Part shown: positions 18,053 to 27,748 of the stretch, piece by piece
How positions within the stretch are numbered: the stretch's first letter is position 1
How the letters are laid out: each line of letters opens with the position of its first letter
Origin: Candidatus Lambdaproteobacteria bacterium
GTDB lineage: Bacteria > SAR324 > JACQKK01
Direction: 5' to 3'
Assembly: GCA_016199125.1 (NCBI GenBank)
Contig: JACQHH010000159.1
Location: 1 to 48,466 of the forward strand
DNA length: 48,466 bases
Made by a program: the position numbers and the translations under genes
The notes under the pieces: generated by a model
Told to the model about the DNA's origin: nothing
What the model saw: the letters and a program-made list of their open reading frames with translations, nothing else
Databases searched by the model: none

Positions 18053-18453
18053 CAGAAGGGTCTCTCCATGTGTGTGCCCGGGCGTTCCGTGGCCGGTACG
18101 CGATAGGTGGCCTCGGTGCCGTCGCGTCGGCGAGCCATGGGATCGTAACCGAACAGGCGCCCGACCAGTCCCGTGGGCAGAAATACCCCGTAGAACAGGA
18201 AGGAGAGCACGATGCGCGTGTTGATGGCGCCCATTACCTGCCCGAAGCCCATCCACAGCCAATGCACCGGCGCCAGCACCCGCGGCAGCAGCACGCCCAG
18301 CGCCAGCAGCGCCCCGCCCAGGGCGAAGGGCCAGCGCGGCCACGGACGCTCCAGGAGCCAGGGCAGCGCCAGCCCGAACAGCAGCGCCACGATGAGGCCC
18401 GTGGTGATGCCGAAGCGGCGCAGCTCGCCGCGGCCCGCGAATGTGATCTTCAT
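18052..18453 (-). CDS. SxtJ-family multi-pass membrane protein
   Basis: 133 aa, MKITFAGRGELRRFGITTGLIVALLFGLALPWLL..., several hydrophobic spans. GGGAGAGG RBS. It starts 33 nt after the carbamoyltransferase stop. Family assignment is from remembered sequence character and synteny. Confidence 0.7.
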   Translation of the reverse strand: MKITFAGRGELRRFGITTGLIVALLFGLALPWLLERPWPRWPFALGGALLALGVLLPRVLAPVHWLWMGFGQVMGAINTRIVLSFLFYGVFLPTGLVGRLFGYDPMARRRDGTEATYRVPATERPGTHMERPF

Positions 18454-18486
18454 GGCGTTCGCCTCTCCCTTGGCCCCCGCGGGCGC

Positions 18487-20325
18487 TCAATCCAGCGTGA
18501 ACTCGTTCTTCCATTCGTCGCTGTCGCGCAGGTGCGGTTGTTCCGACTTGGCCAGCAGGAAATTCTCCAGCACCAGGTAGTCCATCTCCGTGCGCATGAA
18601 GCAGCGGTAAGCGTCCTCCGGCGTGCAGACGATAGGCTCCCCGCGCACATTGAACGAGGTGTTGACCAGCACCGCGCAGCCCGACTTCTCCTCGAAGGCC
18701 CTGAGCAGGCGGTGGTAGCGCGGATTGGTCTCCTCGTGCACGGTCTGGATGCGCGCGGAAAAATCCACGTGCGTCACGGCCGGAATGCTCGAGCGCGGCA
18801 CATGCAGCTTCTCGATGCCGAACAGGCGCTGCTGCTCCTCGCTCATGGGAATGCGCAGCGCCTCGCGCACCGGCGCCACCAGCAGCATGTAGGGACTCTC
18901 GGTCTCCAGCTCGAAGTAGTCGCCCGCGCGCTCGGCCAGCACCGAAGGCGCGAAGGGCCGGAACGATTCTCGGTACTTGATCTTCAGGTTCATGGTGGAC
19001 TGCATCCGCGGGCTGCGCGGATCGCCCACGATGGAGCGGCCCCCCAGGGCCCGCGGCCCGAATTCCATGCGCCCCTGAAACCAGCCCACCACATTTTCCT
19101 GGTTCAGCAGGGCCGCCACCAGGTCGAACAGGATGTCGTCGTCCAGCTCACGAAAGGTGGCGTGCTGGGCGTCCAGTGCGCTGCGGATTTCGTCGCTGGA
19201 GAAGCGCGGGCCCAGGTAGCCGCCGCGCATGGCGTCGCCGTGGGCCGGCTCGCGGGGATGCCCCAGGTATTCATGCCAGGCGGCCAGCGCCGCGCCCACG
19301 GCCCCGCCGGCGTCGCCCGCGGCCGGTTGCAGCCACAGGCGCTTGAACGGTCCCTCGCGCAGCAGGCGGCCGTTGGCCACGCAGTTCAGCGCCACGCCGC
19401 CGGCCATGCACAGGTTGTCCTGCCCTGTCTCGGCGTGCAGCGTGCGCCCCAGGCGCAGCACGATCTCCTCGGTGACCTGCTGGATGGAGGCGGCCAGGTC
19501 CATCTCGCGCTGGGTGATCTGCGACTCGGGCTTGCGCGCGGGGCCCTCGAACAGCCCGGCAAAGCGCCGGTTGGTCATGGTCAGGCCCGTGGCGAAGTTG
19601 AAATAGTCCATGTTCAGGCGAAAGCTGCCGTCGTCCTTGAGGTCCACCAGGTGCTCCAGGATCTGCCCCGCGTAGCGCGGCTCTCCGTATGGCGCCAGAC
19701 CCATCAGCTTGTACTCGCCCGAGTTGACCTTGAACCCGGTGAAGTAAGTAAAGGCCGAATAGAGCAACCCCAGGGAATGGGGAAAGTGAATCTCCCAGCG
19801 CTTGTGCAGGGCATGTCCTTCGCCGACCCAGGCCGTGGTGGTGGCCCATTCGCCCACGCCGTCCAGGCACAGCACCGCGGCCTCGCGGAAGGGACTGGGG
19901 AAGAACGCCGAGGCGGCGTGAGACTGGTGGTGCTCGGCGAACAGCAGCGGCGGTACCTCGCGCACCGTGCAGTTCCCCACCGCCGCCAGCTCCTTGCGCA
20001 GCGTGGTCTTGAGGAACAGCTTCTCCTTGAGCCACACGGGCATCGCCGCGACGAAGGAGCGGAAGCCCTTGGGCACGTAAGCCAGGTAGGTTTCCAGTAG
20101 GCGCTCGAACTTGAGCAGGGGCTTGTCGTAGAACGCGACGTGTTGCACGTCGCGCAGCGACACGCCCCCCGCGGCCAGGCAGAAGGCCACCGCATGGTGT
20201 GGGAAGCCGGCGTCGTGCTTCTTGCGCGTGAAGCGCTCCTCCTGCGCCGCGGCGACGATTTCCCCATCGCGCACCAGGCAGGCCGCGCTGTCATGGTAGT
20301 AGGCCGAAATGCCGAGAATGTGCAT
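18487..20325 (-). CDS. NodU/CmcH-family carbamoyltransferase
   Basis: Start at ATG 20323-20325: MHILGISAYYHDSAACLVRDGEIVAAAQEERFTRKKHD. Also HHQSHAASAFFPSPF and the C-terminal VLVNTSFNVRGEPIVCTPEDAYRCF. 612 aa. The track ORF of 1117 aa is an in-frame shadow extension. Confidence 0.9.
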   Translation of the reverse strand: MHILGISAYYHDSAACLVRDGEIVAAAQEERFTRKKHDAGFPHHAVAFCLAAGGVSLRDVQHVAFYDKPLLKFERLLETYLAYVPKGFRSFVAAMPVWLKEKLFLKTTLRKELAAVGNCTVREVPPLLFAEHHQSHAASAFFPSPFREAAVLCLDGVGEWATTTAWVGEGHALHKRWEIHFPHSLGLLYSAFTYFTGFKVNSGEYKLMGLAPYGEPRYAGQILEHLVDLKDDGSFRLNMDYFNFATGLTMTNRRFAGLFEGPARKPESQITQREMDLAASIQQVTEEIVLRLGRTLHAETGQDNLCMAGGVALNCVANGRLLREGPFKRLWLQPAAGDAGGAVGAALAAWHEYLGHPREPAHGDAMRGGYLGPRFSSDEIRSALDAQHATFRELDDDILFDLVAALLNQENVVGWFQGRMEFGPRALGGRSIVGDPRSPRMQSTMNLKIKYRESFRPFAPSVLAERAGDYFELETESPYMLLVAPVREALRIPMSEEQQRLFGIEKLHVPRSSIPAVTHVDFSARIQTVHEETNPRYHRLLRAFEEKSGCAVLVNTSFNVRGEPIVCTPEDAYRCFMRTEMDYLVLENFLLAKSEQPHLRDSDEWKNEFTLD

Positions 20326-20685
20326 GCGTGAGCCGCGCGAAATGCCTGGAGTCTGCGTCAGTGGGCTGCCCCGATGCGCGCTGCGGATGCAGTCCGCGCA
20401 TGTCCACCCTACACCATGCGCGGCTCGAACGGGATGTCTCTCCGCGCGGGACGTGCCCGCAGCAACGCGCGGGGCTGTGCGCCGCACCGCGACGGGCATT
20501 GCGGCACAGCGCCGCCGCCGGTGCGCCAGGGCCCGCCGCCGGGTTCGTCCGCCGCGCCGGCCGCCGGCTCGACAAGGCCGGTGCCTTCGGGCTATGACGT
20601 GGGGACATCCGCTGACGTTGCAGCCACCGCCGCGCTCTGTCGGCGAAGCGTACCCTCTCGCCGTGCCCGCACCGGAGAGTCTGCC

Positions 20686-21804
20686 ATGGCCACGCCCACG
20701 TTTCCCGTGATTCGCATCGAGGGCCCGCCCCGCGAGCGCGGCCGGCAGTATGGCCGCCTGGCCGCAGAGCGCATCGCGGCCAGCCTGGCGCTGTACCAGG
20801 GCGCGTGGGCGGGCAGCGGCGGCCTGGATCGCGCGCAGGTGCTGGAGCGCGCGCGGGCGTTCATCCCGGGCATCGAGGCGCGCTTCCCGCAGCAGATGGA
20901 GGAGTTGCGCGGCATGGCCGAGGGCGCCGAACGGCTGGTGGAGGAACTGGTGGCGCTCAACGCGCGCACGGAGCTGCTGTACGGCTCGGCCGGTGGCGCG
21001 GGGGCCGCCACGGAAGGCTGCACGGCCGCGGCGATTCTGCCGCGCAAGCCGGGCGATCCGGTGCTCATCGGGCAGAACTGGGACTGGAAGCCCGACAGCC
21101 GCGAGCTGGCCATCCTGTTGCAGGTGCATCCCGACTGCGGCCCGGCCTGCATGACCTTCGTCGAGGCGGGCATGATGGCCCGCAACGGCATGAATGCCGC
21201 CGGCATCGGCCTGTGCGGCAACTTCCTCAATGCCGCGGGCGACTTCAGCCGCGCCGGGGTGCCCATCCCCTTCGTGCGCCGCGCCATCCTCGCCTCGGCG
21301 TCGCTGCCCGAGGCCGTGGGGCAGGTGCTGAATGCGCCGCGGGCCTTCTCCTCCAATCACCTGCTGGCCCATCGCGACGGCGAGGCCATCGACCTGGAGG
21401 CCACGCCGGCGCAGGTGTTCAGCGTGTTTCCGCAGGACGGGCTGCTGGTGCACGCCAATCATTTCCAGGCGGGCGCCGGGCACGTGGTGGATACGGGCGT
21501 GGCGCGCTTTCCGGACAGCCTGTTCCGTGACCGCCGGGTGCGCGCGGCCCTGGCGGCCACCCGGGGCCGGCTCAACGCCACGCACTTGCAGCGCGCGCTG
21601 CGCGACCATTTCGGCCATCCCTACGGGGTGTGCCGGCACCGGGCGGTCGGCGCCGACGGCAACGAGCTGGAGACGGTGGCTTCCGTGGTGATGGATCTCA
21701 GCGCGGGCACCATGGCCGTGGCTCACGGGCCCGTGTGCGAAAACGGCTACACGGTCTATGCGCCCTTCGCCCCGGTCGCGGCGGGGGCGGCGGTCTCCGG
21801 TTGA
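20686..21804 (+). CDS. Peptidase C45 / acyl-CoA:6-aminopenicillanic-acid acyltransferase-like Ntn hydrolase
   Basis: ATG 20686 (MATPTFPVIRIEGPPRERGRQYG...). Candidate autoprocessing/nucleophile site EGCTAAAIL, followed by GQNWDW and VHANHF motifs typical of the family. 372 aa. Confidence 0.75.
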   Translation: MATPTFPVIRIEGPPRERGRQYGRLAAERIAASLALYQGAWAGSGGLDRAQVLERARAFIPGIEARFPQQMEELRGMAEGAERLVEELVALNARTELLYGSAGGAGAATEGCTAAAILPRKPGDPVLIGQNWDWKPDSRELAILLQVHPDCGPACMTFVEAGMMARNGMNAAGIGLCGNFLNAAGDFSRAGVPIPFVRRAILASASLPEAVGQVLNAPRAFSSNHLLAHRDGEAIDLEATPAQVFSVFPQDGLLVHANHFQAGAGHVVDTGVARFPDSLFRDRRVRAALAATRGRLNATHLQRALRDHFGHPYGVCRHRAVGADGNELETVASVVMDLSAGTMAVAHGPVCENGYTVYAPFAPVAAGAAVSG

Positions 21805-21838
21805 GACGCGCGGCGCGTACAGGACGGCGAGGAGCACC

Positions 21839-23962
21839 ATGACGCAGGCGCAGCCACCCGCGGGGAAATCCCCTCCAGGGCACTATCTGCTGGGCTGCGA
21901 CATCGGCGGCACATTCACCGATTTCGTGCTGCTCGATGTGGCTCGTGGCCGCTTTGCCGTGCACAAGACGCTGACCACTCCGCACGATCCCTCGCAGGCC
22001 GTGGAACAGGGCGTGGCCGACCTGCTGGCGCGCTTTCCAGGGTTTCTGGCCCACACGGATTTCGTGATCCACGGCACGACGCTGGTGATCAATGCCATCA
22101 TCGAGCGCAAGGGCGCGGCGCTGGCCCTGGTGACCACGGCGGGCTTCCGCGACGTGCTGGAGATGCGCCGGGAGATTCGCTACGACATCTACGACATCGG
22201 CGCGCGCTACCCCGAGCCGCTGGTGCCGCGGGAGTGGCGCCGCGAGCTGCCCGAGCGCGTCTACAGCGACGGCCGGGTGGCCACGCCCCTGGACGAGGCC
22301 GCGGCCGCAAGCCTGCTGGACGAGCTGGCCGCCGCCGGCATCGAGTCGCTGGCCGTCAGCTTCCTGCACGCCTACGCCAACCCGGCCAACGAGCAGGCCC
22401 TGGCCCGCGTGGCGGCCCGGCGGCAGCCGGGGCTGTCGCTGTCGCTGTCCTCCCAGGTGCTGCCGGAGATCAAGGAATTCGAACGTACCAGCACCACGGC
22501 GGTGAACGCCTATGTGAAGCCCATCACCGAGCGCTACCTGGCGCGGCTGCAGGAGAGGCTGGCGCGGCTGGGGCTGCGGCGGCGGCTGTTCCTCATGCTC
22601 TCCGGCGGCGGCGTGACGGCCCTGGAGACGGCGCGGCAGTTTCCCGTGCGCCTGATCGAATCGGGGCCCGTGGGCGGCGTGCTGGCCGCGGCGCATCTGG
22701 GGCGGCAGGCCGGGCTGGGCAACCTGGTGGTGTTCGACCTGGGCGGCACCACGGCCAAGACCTGCCTCGTGCAGGACGGACAGATGCCCATCGCCACCGA
22801 GTACGAGATCGACCGCGTGCACCGCTTCAAGAAGGGCAGCGGCATTCCCGTCGGCGTGCCCACGGTGGACCTCATCGAAGTCGGGGCGGGTGGCGGCAGC
22901 ATTGCCGGCATCGACCGCATGGGCCTGCTGCAGGTGGGCCCGCAGAGCGCCGGGGCCGACCCGGGGCCCATCTGCTACGCACGCGGGGGCACCGCGCCCA
23001 CGGTCACCGACGCCGACCTGGTGCTGGGCTACCTGGATGCGGACTATTTCCTGGGCGGCGGCATGCGGCTCGATCGCGCGGCCGCGGAGGCCGGTATCGC
23101 GCGGGTGGTGGGCGGGCCCCTGGGCTTAAGCCCGTTGCAGGCGGCCTGGGGCATTCACGAGGTGGTCAACGAGAACATGGCCGCGGCCGTGCGCATGTTC
23201 ATCGCGGAAAAAGGCGGAGACCTGAGCCAGGCCACCCTGGTGGCCTCGGGCGGCGCCGGTCCGGTGCACGCCGATGGCTTCGCCCGCAAGCTGGGCATTC
23301 CGCGCCTGCTGGTGCCGCGGGGCGCCGGCGTGTTCTCGGCGCTGGGCTTCCTGGTGGCGCCGGTGAGCTTCGAGGTGTCGCGCACCCGCGTCACCTCCCT
23401 GGCCCAATTGGAACCGGCGGTGCTGCGTGCCCTCTACAACGAGCTGGAGCGGGAGGCCGGGGCCGTGGTGGCCGAGGCCCTGCCCGAGGCGCCGCTGAGC
23501 TACGTGCGCGCCGCGGACCTGTGCTACGCGGGCCAGGGCCACACCCTGCGCGTCACCTTTGCCGAGGAGGCGCCTACCCCCGCGGTCGAGGCGCTGGGTA
23601 CGCGCTTCGAGCAGGAATACCGCGCGCGCTACGGCTATGCCTACGAGGACCTGGACGTCCAACTGATCAACCTGCGCGTGACGGCCGTCGCGCGCAGCGA
23701 CCTGCCGCCGGTGGCGCTGCCCTTCGATGCGCCGGCCGGCAACGCCGCCGCGGCGCTGAAAGGCGAGCGCCCGGCCTACGACCCGCTGCGCGCGGAGCGG
23801 GTGCCGCACCGGGTGTATGCCATGGAACGCCTGGGACCCGGCGCCACGCTGCACGGCCCGGCCATCGTGGAAGATGCCATGTCCACGCTGGTGGTGGGCG
23901 CACGGGCCCAGGCCCGCGTCGACGCGCGAGGCTGGATGCTGGTAGATCTGGACGGGAGCTGA
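21839..23962 (+). CDS. Hydantoinase A / oxoprolinase family protein (HyuA-type, ATP-binding subunit)
   Basis: ATG 21839 after GAGGAG. LLGCDIGGTFTDFVLLD (ASKHA phosphate-1 motif), DLGGTTAK. 707 aa. Confidence 0.9.
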   Translation: MTQAQPPAGKSPPGHYLLGCDIGGTFTDFVLLDVARGRFAVHKTLTTPHDPSQAVEQGVADLLARFPGFLAHTDFVIHGTTLVINAIIERKGAALALVTTAGFRDVLEMRREIRYDIYDIGARYPEPLVPREWRRELPERVYSDGRVATPLDEAAAASLLDELAAAGIESLAVSFLHAYANPANEQALARVAARRQPGLSLSLSSQVLPEIKEFERTSTTAVNAYVKPITERYLARLQERLARLGLRRRLFLMLSGGGVTALETARQFPVRLIESGPVGGVLAAAHLGRQAGLGNLVVFDLGGTTAKTCLVQDGQMPIATEYEIDRVHRFKKGSGIPVGVPTVDLIEVGAGGGSIAGIDRMGLLQVGPQSAGADPGPICYARGGTAPTVTDADLVLGYLDADYFLGGGMRLDRAAAEAGIARVVGGPLGLSPLQAAWGIHEVVNENMAAAVRMFIAEKGGDLSQATLVASGGAGPVHADGFARKLGIPRLLVPRGAGVFSALGFLVAPVSFEVSRTRVTSLAQLEPAVLRALYNELEREAGAVVAEALPEAPLSYVRAADLCYAGQGHTLRVTFAEEAPTPAVEALGTRFEQEYRARYGYAYEDLDVQLINLRVTAVARSDLPPVALPFDAPAGNAAAALKGERPAYDPLRAERVPHRVYAMERLGPGATLHGPAIVEDAMSTLVVGARAQARVDARGWMLVDLDGS

Positions 23963-23964
23963 AC

Positions 23965-25692
23965 ATGACGAGCGCATCGCCGGAGCGACACTTCGACCCC
24001 ATCACCTTTCAGGTGCTGTGGAGCCGCACCGTGACTATCGCCGACGAGATTGCCGCGACGCTGGTGAAGACAGCGTTTTCCCACGTGGTACGCGACAACC
24101 ACGACTACGCCTGCGCCATCTACGATGCCGAGGGGCGCATGCTCGCCCAGGCCAACCAGTGCACGCCGGGGCAGCTCGGCTGCATGCCGCGCTTCGTCAA
24201 GGACGTGTTGCAGGCCTATCCCGCCGAGACGCTGCGGCCGGGCGACGTGCTGATCACCAACGACCCCTGGCTGGGCTCGGGGCACACCCCGGACATCTAC
24301 ATCGCCACGCCGGTATTCAAGGGGCGCAAGCTGGTGGGTTTCGCGGCCAATTCGGCGCATCACATCGACATTGGGGGGCGCATGTCCTCGCCCGAGTCGC
24401 GCGAGGTATACGAGGAGGGCCTCATCCTGCCCCTGTGCAAGCTCTACAACGCCGGGCAGCCCAACGACGACATCTTCCGCATCGTGCGGCGCAACGTGCG
24501 CATGGAGGACAAGGTCATCGGCGACCTGCGGGCGCAACTGGCGGCCAACCACATGGGCGCCGCGCGCATGCTCGCCCTGCTGGAGGAGGCGGGCCTGGGG
24601 AGCTTCGAGTCCCTGGCCGCCGACATCATCGCCCACAGCGAGGCCGCCATGCGCCAGGCCATCGCCGAGGTGCCCCGCGGCGTCTACACCCACGAGATGG
24701 ACCACGAGGACACCGACCGGGAGGGCCGCCCGCTGAAGGTCAAGGTGCGCGTGGAGGTGCGCGGCGACGAGATTCACGTGGACTACACGGGCTCCTCGCC
24801 CCAGGTGAGCATTCCCATCAACAGCGTCTACAACATCACCTATGCCTACACGGTATTCCCCATCAAGAGCGCCCTGCACCCGCACCTGCCCAACAACGAG
24901 GGCTGCGCGCGGCCGGTGCGGGTGACGGCGCCGGAGGGCAGCATCTTCAACGCCACGTTTCCCGCGCCGGTGATGTGGCGCACGTCGCTGGTGTACCACG
25001 CGGTCGAGGCCATCTTCGGCGCGCTGGCCCAGGCCATCCCGGAACGCGTGATGGCGCCCAGCGGCACCTATCCCCTCTGGCTGGGCATCTTTGCGGGCAA
25101 ATATGACGATGGGCGCGACTACATGGTGCACTTCAACGCCCAGGGCGGCCAGGGCGGCATGCACCACCGCGACGGCATCGGCACCACGATCTTTCCGGGC
25201 AACGTCGCCAACACGCCGGTGGAATTCCTGGAGACCGAGACGCCGCTGGTCTGCGAGCGCAAGGCGCTGGTGGCCGATTCGGGAGGCCCCGGCCGGTACC
25301 GCGGGGGCGTGGGGCAGGAGGTCGTGATCCGCAACCGCTCCAGCCAACCCGCGGTGTGCTCCATGATCGGCGGCCGCCTGCACGAGGGGCCCGTGGGGCT
25401 CAACGGCGGCGCGGCGGGCGGTACGGGCATGATCCGCATCGGCGACGATCCACCCCTGGAGCGCAGCCGGCAGCTCGTACTGGAGCCGCGGCAGACACTG
25501 CACCTGCGCTATCCGGGCGGGGGCGGCTTCGGCGACCCGTTCGAGCGCGACCCGGCCCTGGTGGCCGCGGACGTGCGGCGCGGGCTGGTCTCCCCGGAGC
25601 AGGCGCGCAGTGCCTACGGCGTGGACGTGGGCCCGGACGGCCGCGGCTGGGACGAGGGCGAGACCATGCGCCTGCGCAGCCGGCGCGGCTGA
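23965..25692 (+). CDS. Hydantoinase B / oxoprolinase family protein (HyuB-type)
   Basis: ATG 23965, 2 nt after the hyuA-type stop. FDPITFQVLWSRTVTIADEIAATLVKTAFSHVVRDNHDYACAIYDAEGRMLAQ is the canonical HyuB N-terminus. 575 aa. Confidence 0.9.
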   Translation: MTSASPERHFDPITFQVLWSRTVTIADEIAATLVKTAFSHVVRDNHDYACAIYDAEGRMLAQANQCTPGQLGCMPRFVKDVLQAYPAETLRPGDVLITNDPWLGSGHTPDIYIATPVFKGRKLVGFAANSAHHIDIGGRMSSPESREVYEEGLILPLCKLYNAGQPNDDIFRIVRRNVRMEDKVIGDLRAQLAANHMGAARMLALLEEAGLGSFESLAADIIAHSEAAMRQAIAEVPRGVYTHEMDHEDTDREGRPLKVKVRVEVRGDEIHVDYTGSSPQVSIPINSVYNITYAYTVFPIKSALHPHLPNNEGCARPVRVTAPEGSIFNATFPAPVMWRTSLVYHAVEAIFGALAQAIPERVMAPSGTYPLWLGIFAGKYDDGRDYMVHFNAQGGQGGMHHRDGIGTTIFPGNVANTPVEFLETETPLVCERKALVADSGGPGRYRGGVGQEVVIRNRSSQPAVCSMIGGRLHEGPVGLNGGAAGGTGMIRIGDDPPLERSRQLVLEPRQTLHLRYPGGGGFGDPFERDPALVAADVRRGLVSPEQARSAYGVDVGPDGRGWDEGETMRLRSRRG

Positions 25693-25777
25693 GGGCGGCA
25701 GCCCCTTGGACAGCGGCCGGCCGGCCAACGGTGCTCCCTCCGGCGCATCGCGCGGTGGGCACTTCCGCCGTGCATGG

Positions 25778-27067
25778 TCAGAACAACAGGGATGGCAGGT
25801 ACAGCGCCAGGCTGGGGAAAAGAAACAGCAGCACCACCCCGACGCCCTGCAACGCCACGAAGGGCAGAGAGCCCCCGGCAATGTCCTTGAAGGGCTCGCC
25901 CGTGGCGCCTTGCAGCACGAAGAGGTTGATGCCCACCGGCGGCGTGAGCAGCCCGATCTCGATGAGGATGCACACCAGCACGCCCAGCCAGATCAGGTCC
26001 ACCTGGAAGGCCTGCACCACGGGCACCACGAAGGGAATCGTGATCACCATCATCGACAGTCCGTCGAAGAACATGCCCATGATCACGTAGAGCACGCAGA
26101 CGGCCACGAGCACCTGCAGCCGGCTGGCGCCCACGGAGTTGGTGAAGTCCACCAGCATGGTGGGCACCTGGAAGTAGACCAGCGTGAGGGCCAGCAGCTT
26201 GGCCGTCATCACGATGAAGAGGATCATGCAGGTCTGGCGTACGGAGTTGATGCCCGCCGTGATCACCGCCTGCAGGGTCAGCCGCCGCTCGATGGCCGCG
26301 AACACCAGCGCCAGAAACGCGCCCAGGCCGGCCACTTCGGTGGGGCTGGCCACTCCGGCGTAAATGCCCCCCAGCACCACGATGGCCAGGATGTGCATCT
26401 GCCACAGGTCCAGCACCGCAAACAGCATTTCGCTGACGCGCACGCCCTCCTCCTTGGGCGCGAGGGCCGGATCGATGCGCACGCGCACGGCGATGTAGAT
26501 GGCGAACAGCACGGCCAGGATCAGCCCGGGCAGCACGCCGGCCAGAAAGAGCTGGCCGATGGAGACCTCCGCCAGGCTGCCGTAGATGATGAACAGGATG
26601 CTCGGCGGAATGAGAATTCCCAGCGTGCCCCCCGCGGCGATGGAGCCCAGCGCCAGCGGCTTGTTGTAGCCCCGGGAACGGATTTGCGGATAGCCCACGG
26701 CGCCGATGGTGGCCGCGGAGGCCACCGAGGACCCCGAGCAGGCCGCGAAGAGCGTGGAAGCGGCGATGTTGGTCTGCAACAGCCCGCCGGGCAGGGCGCG
26801 GAAAATACGGCTGGCCGCTCCGTAGACCCGATCCATGATTCCCGCCTGAAAAAGAATCTCGCCCATGAAGATGAACAGGGGCACGGCGATGAGCACATAG
26901 TTGGTCGTCTGATCCCACGCCAGGTTGCCCAGGATGCGAATCACCCGGTCGTAGCCGAGGATGTCGTAGAGGCCCACGAATCCGGCCGTGCCGAGCGCGA
27001 TGGCCACCCATACCCCGGCAAACAGCATCACCAGCATGAACGCCGTGGCAGACAGGAATCCGGTCAT
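25778..27067 (-). CDS. TRAP transporter large permease (DctM family)
   Basis: 429 aa, about 12 hydrophobic spans. MTGFLSATAFMLVMLFAGVWVAIALG... and IPPSILFIIYG motifs. Confidence 0.9.
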   Translation of the reverse strand: MTGFLSATAFMLVMLFAGVWVAIALGTAGFVGLYDILGYDRVIRILGNLAWDQTTNYVLIAVPLFIFMGEILFQAGIMDRVYGAASRIFRALPGGLLQTNIAASTLFAACSGSSVASAATIGAVGYPQIRSRGYNKPLALGSIAAGGTLGILIPPSILFIIYGSLAEVSIGQLFLAGVLPGLILAVLFAIYIAVRVRIDPALAPKEEGVRVSEMLFAVLDLWQMHILAIVVLGGIYAGVASPTEVAGLGAFLALVFAAIERRLTLQAVITAGINSVRQTCMILFIVMTAKLLALTLVYFQVPTMLVDFTNSVGASRLQVLVAVCVLYVIMGMFFDGLSMMVITIPFVVPVVQAFQVDLIWLGVLVCILIEIGLLTPPVGINLFVLQGATGEPFKDIAGGSLPFVALQGVGVVLLFLFPSLALYLPSLLF

Positions 27068-27139
27068 GGTGTGACGATCCTTTGTACTGTCTGACGGGCC
27101 GGGGCCCGCAGGGAATTGCCGATCGTGAGCAGGCGGGCC

Positions 27140-27652
27140 TCAGTGGGCGCCGCGCTGCGCGAGATGGATGACCGATTGCAGAAACTTCACGCCGGTCAGC
27201 AGCAGGAACATCCCCGATCCGATCAGCAGGGGCGTGGCCGGGATATACAGCTTGGTCGCCATGTCGCCCTGGCTGATGACGCCAAAGGTCCAGAAATGCA
27301 GGAACCGCAGCAGGCAGGCATGAGCGAACACGACGGAAAAGAACAGCCCCGCGCCATAGCGCAGCACGGCAAGCAGGTTCTGCACCCGCAGCGGCGCGAG
27401 ATTCAGCAGCACGTCCACCTGGATGTGACCCCCGCTCTGCAGCGTGTGGGTGAGGCCGAAGAAGATGATGGCCACCAGACAATATTTGGCAATCTCGTCA
27501 GTCCAGGTCAGCGGCGCATTGAACGCATAGCGCATGAACACGCCCAACGTGATGACCAGCGTCAGCAGCACCAGCGAGAACACGCTGGCGTAGCACAGCC
27601 ACTGGGCCAGGCGCACAATGCCGCGCTCCACGTTATCCAGCAAATGCATCAT
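27140..27652 (-). CDS. TRAP transporter small permease (DctQ family)
   Basis: 170 aa, 4 TM. It lies between the DctP and DctM genes. RYAFNAPLTWTDEIAKY is typical. Confidence 0.85.
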   Translation of the reverse strand: MMHLLDNVERGIVRLAQWLCYASVFSLVLLTLVITLGVFMRYAFNAPLTWTDEIAKYCLVAIIFFGLTHTLQSGGHIQVDVLLNLAPLRVQNLLAVLRYGAGLFFSVVFAHACLLRFLHFWTFGVISQGDMATKLYIPATPLLIGSGMFLLLTGVKFLQSVIHLAQRGAH

Positions 27653-27748
27653 GATCTTGGCCGGCCAAGGGAATCGACGGAGGGCGCAGCATGCGCCGCC
27701 GGCGGGAGTCGGACCCGCCGGCGACGGAACTGGACGGCCCGCGAGACG

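Noticed and set aside
18487-21840. 1117-aa minus-strand ORF that would fuse a long N-terminal extension to the carbamoyltransferase
   Set aside because: The recognisable NodU/CmcH sequence begins at MHILGISAYYHD (ATG 20325). The upstream 505 codons are Arg/Gly/Ala/His-rich and lie antisense to a well-supported plus-strand C45 gene (20686-21804). This is a typical GC-rich shadow frame.
22234-25692. 1152-aa plus-strand ORF
   Set aside because: Only the last 575 codons (from ATG 23965, canonical HyuB N-terminus) are real. The first half is an out-of-frame shadow over the HyuA gene.
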